DNA of 36,195 bases from Nanobdellati archaeon (GTDB taxonomy: Archaea > Nanobdellota > Nanobdellia > Woesearchaeales > JAADFO01). The translations under genes were made by a program, and so were the position numbers. A model generated the notes under the pieces. That model ran no database searches. It saw only the letters and a program-made list of their open reading frames with translations, and was not told where the DNA came from. The stretch spans positions 1-36,195 of the forward strand of contig JAADFO010000030.1 in NCBI GenBank assembly GCA_013152815.1. The letters are read 5' to 3'. This document shows, piece after piece, positions 13,201-22,200 of the stretch (position 1 is the stretch's first letter; each line of letters opens with the position of its first letter).

Positions 13201-16200
13201 GAGGACAAGCACCTTCACCATCGACCGGTCTGCACCGGACATCGACATCGCCCAGCCATCGGTCTTCTCAGACCCTGAAAGCAAAGAATCCATCGACGGA
13301 TGGTATACCTCGATCCAGGACCTCACCATCACCGGGACCCTGTCAGGACTGGGCATCGGCGACGCTGCAGATGTCATCGCAGACAACCTCGATTCGGTCA
13401 CCGACTGCACCCAGGGCGTCTGCTTCTCAAAGGCCGTGACCCTCTCGTCAGGGACCCAGACCATCACCCTCAGCGTGACCGACGCACAGGGAAGGACAGG
13501 CACCAGGACACTCACCTTCCACCTCCAACCGACAAACTACAACCCATCCATCATCATCCAGGGTCCGGAAAGCGGAGGGACGCTCACCAAAAACAACCTT
13601 ATCTACGGCACCTATACCATCGATGACGCATCCATCGACTCCATGGCCGTCTCTGTCGACGGCACTGGCCAGGAAGATGTCGAACACAGCAACGGCGACT
13701 TCACCGCCCGCATCACCATCTCGGATACAGGAACCTCGACCGTCACCATAAGCATGACCGACAAATGGGGAACAACCTACCAGGACAGCATCAGTCTCAC
13801 CTACGGCGGCACCGACGTCCCCTACAGCATCACCCTGGCAAGCGACACGCCAAGCCCGACCAACGCAGAGAGCGTCCTTCTCTCGGGGACCGTCGCCGAC
13901 ACCACGACGTCAGGACCGGCAGCAGACATCCCTGTCCAGATACGATACGAAGGACAGATCACCACCACAACGACAGCGACAGACGGGACCTATGAAAAAA
14001 GGATCGCCCTCAACAAAGACAACCATCAGTATCTCTTCGATGCCGTGGCCCTTGCAGGGGACGGCTTCCCCAGCGAACCATCCAACACAGTAAAACTATG
14101 GCATGTCAACCGGCTCGGAGACCTCATCATCTACCCCGACAGCACCACCCCCTACAATGACGTGTCGGTCATCAAGATGATAGGCCAGCAGATTGATGAT
14201 GCCACCTTGTCCATACGCAATCCGCAACTCCTCAGAGAACCTTCCACCGACATCCCGCTCGGACCGACCACACAGGCAACCTGCGGAGGACAATGCAGAG
14301 AGTTCTCCATCCCCATCAACACGCCACTGGAGGAAGGCAGCTACACCCTCACCTACACGGTCTCGGACACGCTCCAGGACGAACAACGGCAGGCCACGTT
14401 CACCGTCGACAAGTCCACACCGATCATCACCATCACCACCCCTCCGGCCCTTACCGACCCGGGCAGCACGACATCGCTCACCGGCATCTACACGACCGAA
14501 GACACGATGTACCTTGAGGGGACCATCGACGGACTGGGCATCACCGACGCTACAGACATCGCTGCACACAACTTCGACCAGGTCTTTGACTGCGGAAACG
14601 ACATATGCTTCAACACCCTGGTGGCTCTCAGGCCGGGAACCCAGGAGATCACTCTCACCGCCACAGACCCGCAGGACAGGACCGGCCTCAGATCGTTCAC
14701 GGTCCACAAGCAACCCACCGGCTTCGACCCCGAAGTCACCATCGACATCCCGAGCAGCAGCTCCACGTTCACGAGCAACACGCCGGTCAGAGGAAGCTAC
14801 ACCCTCCCTGAGGACGAGGTAGAGACCGTAAGGCTCCTGCTCAACGGAAATGAGGTCGCCAGGCCAGGCCACAGCAACCAGGAGTTCTCAGGGACCGTGA
14901 CCCTCGACAGCGGAAGCAACACCATCCGGGCAGAAGTCACAGACAAGTGGGGCGACACCCACATAGCGACCCGCACCATCACCTACGGCACAAGCCAGAT
15001 CCCCTACAGCATCATCCTGGACGGGTTGACCAGCCCGACCCTGCTCGGAACCATCACCATCAGCGGAACGGTGACCGACATCAACACGGGCGGAACCGCG
15101 GCAGACGTCCTGGTCAGCATCGAGGATGACTATGACCGGCAACAGACGACCACAGGGAGCGACGGAAGGTTCAGCAGCCGGTTCAGCCTGCCCTATCCTG
15201 ACGAACCGTACCTCTTCAGCGCCACAGCGCTCATCGGCGACGGCTTCCCCGGCGAACCCGCGACTGCCATGCTCTGGTACATCAACGCGATACCGCCCGC
15301 AGTCATCCACCCCAACGACCAAGACACCTACAACAGCGCAGATACAATCATCCTCGAAGTGCAGCAGCTCGACGATGCGACCATCAGCATCCAATCACCC
15401 CGGCTCACCCTCGACAATGTCCTCCAGGACATCGGAACCATCACCCAGACCAGCTGCGGACCGGACTGCAGACACTTCGAGATCCCCGTCCAACAGGCAT
15501 TGGAAGACGGAAGATACGACCTCACCTACCGCATCGATGACACGCTCCAGGAAGAGACCCGACACCACCAGTTCACCATCGACCATACGGCTCCGACCAT
15601 CGGCATCACCACGCCTGCGGAACTGGCAGACCCCAAAAGCACAGAAAGCATCAACGGCATCTACACCGACCAGACGACCATGCTGCTCAACGGACGGCTA
15701 TCGGGCATCGGCATCGATGGCGTGGAAGATGTCAAGCCCGGCCACAACCTCGGATCCCTCTTCCCCTGCAGCGACGACCCCCAGCAGGTCTGTTACAACA
15801 GGATGGTCGTCCTCGACCAAGGGACCACCGAAGTGGAACTTCAAGCAACGGACAAGGACGGACGGCAGGGACACCGTACCATCATCTTCCACAGGAAACC
15901 GTCCAGCTACGCTCCCGGCGTGAGCATCGCCACTCCAAAAGGAAGCACCTTCACGAAGACAAACCCCCTGGAGGGCACCTATACTGTTCCCGAAGACACC
16001 CTGGTGAGCCTTTCGCTCTATCTCAACGGCGCCCATGTCAAGGACCTGGAACCGAACCAGGGACAGTTCCGTGATTCGGTCGTCCTCGATCCTGATGCGC
16101 ACCCGAACATCATCACCGTGACGGCCACCGACAAATGGGGGACCACCTATGAAGACAGCGTCTCGGTCTCCTACGGCGGAGGCGAGTTCCCCTACTTCCT

Positions 16201-19200
16201 GCGCCTGGACAATGGACTCACCTCTCCCACAGACCAGAGAGACATCACCATCAGCGGGACGGTCTTCGACCGGGCAACCGGACAGCCCGCGCCGCTGGTG
16301 GACCTGCTGTTCGACGCCGACGGGACCGAAGAGACCGGCACCTCAAGCCCCAACGGCAGGTTCAACTTTGACTATTCCTACGGAGCAGCCAACAAGAAAT
16401 ATACCTTTGCTGTCTCTGCTGTGGTGGGCGACGGGTTCACCAGCGAACCGGCCATCACCGAAGCGTGGTATGTGACATCAATCCCGTCCATGAACATCTA
16501 CCCCAACAGCAAGGACAGCCACAATACAGTAGAACAGCTTGTCCTGCTGGGGACCCAGGTGGATGATGCCACCCTCACCCTCGACGACATCCAGCTGACC
16601 AGGCAGAACAACGCAGACAATGACCTCATCCGGCTCGACAAGGACAGCCTGCAACGCTTCGGCTGCAGCGATGAGGATCCTCAATGTGTGGGATTTAGCG
16701 TCGATATCGCTCCGGAAGAACAGCCGCTCCCAGAGGGACAGTACCGGATCACCTACCAGCTCTCAGACACCCTGCAAAGCGAACAGAGGACAAGCACGTT
16801 CACCATCGACAGGACCGCTCCCCGGATAAGATTCACCTTCCCCGACGCCCTGAGCGACCCCGCCAGCAGCGAGAGCATCAACGGCATCTACACCGACCAG
16901 GACAACATAGAGCTGAGAGGATACCTGCTTATGGAGGGCAACAGCCAGTGGCAGGACAGCAACATCCAGACCATCTATGACTGCCCGTCGGGTTCCTGCT
17001 TCACCCACCAGGTCTCCCTGGTCCCGGGAACACAGACCATCACCCTCAGCGTGACCGACGACCTGGACAGGACCGGCACCAGGACGGTCATCGTCCACCG
17101 CAAGCCCACCGGAGGGAACAGCGTCAGCATCACCAGCCCGAGCGACGGCATCACGGTCTATTTCAAGGACGTGAGCATCGAAGGCGTCTTCGACGACCCC
17201 TACATCAACCACGTTGAGGTCTCGGTGAACGGCGAGGTGCAACAGGACCTGCAGAACCTCTATGGAAACACTTTCAGCGCAGACGTGACCCTCACGAACG
17301 GCAGCAACGAGATCGTGGTGCGGGAATATGACCAGTGGGACGAATTCAGCCAGGACCAGATCACGCTCTTCTACGACCAGTCCGGCCTCTCCTCGAGCCT
17401 CAGCTGCCCAGGAGGCAACGGCATCTGCTTCACCCGAGCAGAGCAGATCACGATCAACGGCAATATCCCAAGCGCCCTGCCGGTGGAAGCGTCCCTCTTC
17501 GTCGAGAACAGGCAAGGCACCCTTGAGTATCCCCTGACGCTCGCGGGGAACGACAACAGCTTCACCCAGAGCCTCGACCTCGCGGAAGGGGAGAATACGC
17601 TCTACATCCTCGCGACCGATGCCACCACCACGTCACAGTCCAATGAGCTGCTGATCATCAAGGACACGCAGGCACCGAGCATCTCCCTGGAGATGATCGC
17701 GGCAGGCGACACCATCAAGGACCAGGGAGTGACCTCTGAGACCCCTGTCGAAGTGAAGGTCGCCTATCGGGAAGACTATCCCGGCAGGATACATGCAACG
17801 CTCAACGGCCACATCCTCTTTGACGACTATCCTGCAAGCAGCCCTCTCCTCATCGAGGACGTTCCTCTGGACAGCGCAGGGGACGGCAGGAAGGTCCTCG
17901 TAGTCACCATGGACGACCTGGCCGGCAACCGCAACACCTCATCTTCTGTAGTGTATCTCGACACCAGAACACCTGAGACCACCATAACGGCCGTCACCTC
18001 CCATGACGGCCCTGTGGTCTTCAGGGGCGGCATCTACAAGACCGCCCAGGACAAAGCAACCATCCACGGCAGCTACCGGGAAGAGCATCTGGAAGGCATC
18101 TTCCTGGATGACGGCAGGACCGAGGCAGACATCAACAGGGAAGATTCCACATTCACCCTGGACGTTCCGCTGCGCGGCAAGGCAGGGGAAGAGGAGGCCA
18201 ACAACATCACCATACTCACCCTTGACCAGGCAGGCCATGTCGCCGAGACCCGAACCCGGATCGTCCGGGACCAGGCAGCCCCTGCTGTCCAGATAACCTC
18301 CCTGCCCTTCGACGGCAGCAGCTATTACACCCAGGAGGAGACCCCTGAGCTTCATGTGGTCACCGATGAACCGGCAACGTGCAGCATCACCTATCTGCCG
18401 GCCAACTTCACCAACCCGTACACCCAGGCGATGGCAGACAGCGCCAACGGCATCGACCATGATGCGACCATCGAGATCCCGCTGCCCAAGGAGACCGGCA
18501 GCGACAGGACCAGCACCATCACCATCCGCTGCGTCGACGAACTCGGCAACGACCAGCCAGAGACCGAAGCCCGCATCGTGCTTGACGACACGCTTCCCAC
18601 CATCGGCAGCTATGGACTCAGCCAGAGCATCCTTCTCACCGACGAAGGCACCAGGAAATCCTACCTCCTGGTCAAGACGCCCTACACAGAGATCCTGGTG
18701 GACGACGCCTCAGAACCGGTCAGGTGCAGGTACGGGACGACGCCTTCCTTCGAGAGCATGACTGCCTTTCCCGATGAGGCGGCCTTCAAGATGATGAAGC
18801 ACGCCAGCGACACGCTGCAGCTGGAGGACGGCAACGAATATGACTATTATGTGCAGTGCGAGGACCGTGCCCTGCGGAAGACCGGCATGAAACAGCTCCA
18901 TATCAAGGTGAACCTCTCCAAAGACGTCTGGATCATCGATGAAGGACCGAAGGACTACGCCATCGGACCTGACGTCGACGTGTGGGTCAAGACCTTCCGC
19001 AACGCCACCTGCAGCCTCGACACCGCCTATGAGGACGGCAACGCCATCACCGACTGGGTGAAGGACGTGTTCGACCCTGCCACCGAGATGAGTTCCTACC
19101 TCTACGGTCCGACAGCAGGAGAGGACTGCGGGACCATCAGCGGAAGCGGGACAGACACAGAGAGCGAACAGGCATGGGGCTGCATGGGAGAAGCCATGCT

Positions 19201-22200
19201 CGACAATTGCCGGCCGGCATCGGTCTCGATGGAATTTCCGCTGCAAGGCGAGAATGGCCAGACCATCAACCTGGACTATTCCTACCGCATCTACGGCATG
19301 CAAGAGGGAAAATGCGTGATAAGCCTCCAGCTGGTCTCCGGAGACATGCCAGAAGGGGATCTGACACCTGCGTACCAGGAGGGCGCATGGTTTCAATGCC
19401 CGGTGGATACAGCTGCCTACGAACAGGAATCCCGTAACAACGGACAGAACCCTGAAGATGATCTTGCCAAATTCGCGCAAAATGTCTATTTCATATGGGC
19501 ATTCACCCACACAGACCCTGACGCCGGCTGTTTCGGGACCATGGGGACCCCTGACGGCAACCTTCCTCAGGACCCGCCGGGCATCCAGGGCATCGGCCAG
19601 GGCCTGGTCTTCTACCACAGCAAGACCCTCACCGGCCTCGATGACTACACCACCTATGCTTTCGACGTCACCTGCACCGATCCCCAGAACGTCTTCGACG
19701 ATGCCGCCGGCAGGATCTCCTTCCTGGTCATACCCGAGCTGGACATCAGCCTCATCGCGCCGAAACATGGCTACAGCACCTCTTCCATCTATGATGCGGT
19801 CATAGGGACCACAAGGGATGCGGAATGCAGATGGGACATCTCTGGAGTCGCCCTGCCCTTCGACCTCAAACGGCCATTCAACCAGACCGGCGGAAGGACC
19901 CATACGCTCTCACAGATAGACTGGTTCACCCCGAACAACCAGAAGATGCACGTGATGTGCAAAGACACCTACGGATACACCAAGGAGGCCTCCTTCGGCC
20001 TGCACCATGAACCGTTCCCTCCGACCATCACCACCGCAAAGGCCGAACCAGAAGAGATCCTCCAGACGGTCAACAACAACCTCCAGACGACGCTCGTGGT
20101 GGAGACCTACGGCAAGCCGTCGCTCTGCAGGTACAGCACCACCACCATGAACTACAGCCAGATGGAGCATGTGTTCGAACCTTTCGACACCGACAATGCA
20201 GACAGCTACCAGACGACCCATCGTGCGCTCATCACCGGCCTTGCCGACAACGGCCATTATGAGTACAACGTGGCCTGCGAAGGGCTCTCCGGCCTGGTCT
20301 CGAAGACCATGAAGATACGCTTCCTCACCGACCTCGAAAGGAGCCTGCAGATACGCTTCAACCGACCGGCAGACGGCGAGAGCTACAACAGGACGACCCA
20401 GGACCTCAACATCACGACCAACAAGGAGACCCTCTGCTATTACCGGACCGAACCGGACGGCTACCAGATGGGCATGGAGAATTCTGCACAGACGCAGCAT
20501 TTCACGCGGAACGCCGTCCATGTGAGCAAAGAAGGAACCAGCACCGTCTATGTGACCTGCTATTTCGGAGAGGAACAGGCAGATGCCAGCAGCAGCTTCA
20601 TCGTCGACCTGAGCCCGCCGGAAAGGCCTGTCATCACCCAGGACAACGTCACCCGATACACTGACAGGCTGACCGCTTCCTGGACAGCCCAGGACAACCT
20701 TTCAGGCATCGGCTATTATGAGATCGCCATCGGCAGCGCCTCGGCAACACAGGACATCCTGGACTGGACCGATGTAGGACGGGACACCAGCAGGACGGTC
20801 CACGGCCTCAACCTCAGCGACGGCGCAAGATATTACTGGTTCGCACGAGCCACTGACCGGGTCGGCTGGCACGGGCCTTCTGCGGTCAGCACAGGCATCA
20901 GGATAGACACCACCCTGCCGGTGGAGAACAACACGCCCAGCTGCCATGACGGCATCAGGAACCAGGGAGAAGCAGACATCGACTGCGGCGGCTATCTCTG
21001 CTCATCATGCGATATCAACAGCTCATGCAACGATGACAACGACTGCCTTTCCGGCAACTGCAAAGACAAGAGCTGCCAGGAAGCCATCTGCAAGAACGGC
21101 CGCTCAGACGCCGAAAGCCAGGAATCAGACATCGACTGCGGCGGAGACTGCGATGACTGCAGCAACGGAAAGGCCTGCTTCCACGATACAGACTGCGAGA
21201 GCAGGTACTGCGACGGAGGGACCTGCAAGGAATCCAGCTGCAGCGACGGTCTCCACAACGGCTTTGAGACAGATACAGATTGCGGAGGCGGATGTGACCT
21301 CTGCGACATCGGCTTCGGCTGCGGCGGTCCAGGGGATTGTTCCTCCGGCGTCTGCAGCGACGGCGTGTGCAAGGCATCCTCCTGCGACGACGGCCTGAAG
21401 AACGGTGATGAGACCGACGTGGACTGCGGAGGCAGCTGCGACGGCTGCAGCAACGGAGACGCCTGTGAACTGAACATCGACTGCACCTCAGGGATCTGTG
21501 AAAACAGCATCTGCAAGACCGGGAACGGACCAAATGAGACCACTGACACCGACGGCGACGGCATGCCTGACGACTGGGAGACGTTCTATGACCTCAATCC
21601 CAACGACCCCACCGATGCCAATGGTGACCTGGACAAGGACGGCCTGTCCAACCTGGGAGAGTACGAGGAACATACCGACCCGCTCATGACCGACACCGAC
21701 GGCGACACCTATGATGACAACTACGAGCTTCTTGAGGGATACGATCCCACCGACCCGAATTCAAAACCGCCGGGCAGCAACCTGCTCTACATCATCCTCC
21801 TGATACTGCTCATCCTCGCTCTCCTCGGCGGAGGAGGATACATCGGATACAAGGAACTCTACGAGAAGAAAAAAAGACCGCCGCTCAAACCGCTGGTCGC
21901 ATCGAGAAGGACGACAGCCCCCATCAGGAAGAAGGCTCCACCACGACATGGTCCTGCACCCAGTCAGACCAGGATCACCCAGGCCTTCGGCATGGCAAGG
22001 GCAAGAAGACCGACAGCACGGAGCGTCCTGCCTGCCAGGAAACCTGTGCTGAAACAGCCGGCCAGACCGAAAGAGGAATGGATCGAGGTGGGCCAGCTCA
22101 AGAAAAAGATGCCCGAAGGAGACAAGGACGTGCTGGACAAGCTCTCAGGACTCATCAAGACGAATGATGTCTTCGACGAGCTGGAATCGGTCACCAGGGG

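Noticed and set aside
11359..13789. 37 bp identical repeats as a CRISPR array
   Set aside because: Spacing is ~1.2 kb, the copies are in frame within a coding repeat, and there are no cas genes.
3980..21780. Acidic composition as evidence of a halophilic organism
   Set aside because: The cytoplasmic enzymes in the window are Lys-rich and not acidic, so the bias is specific to the ectodomain.
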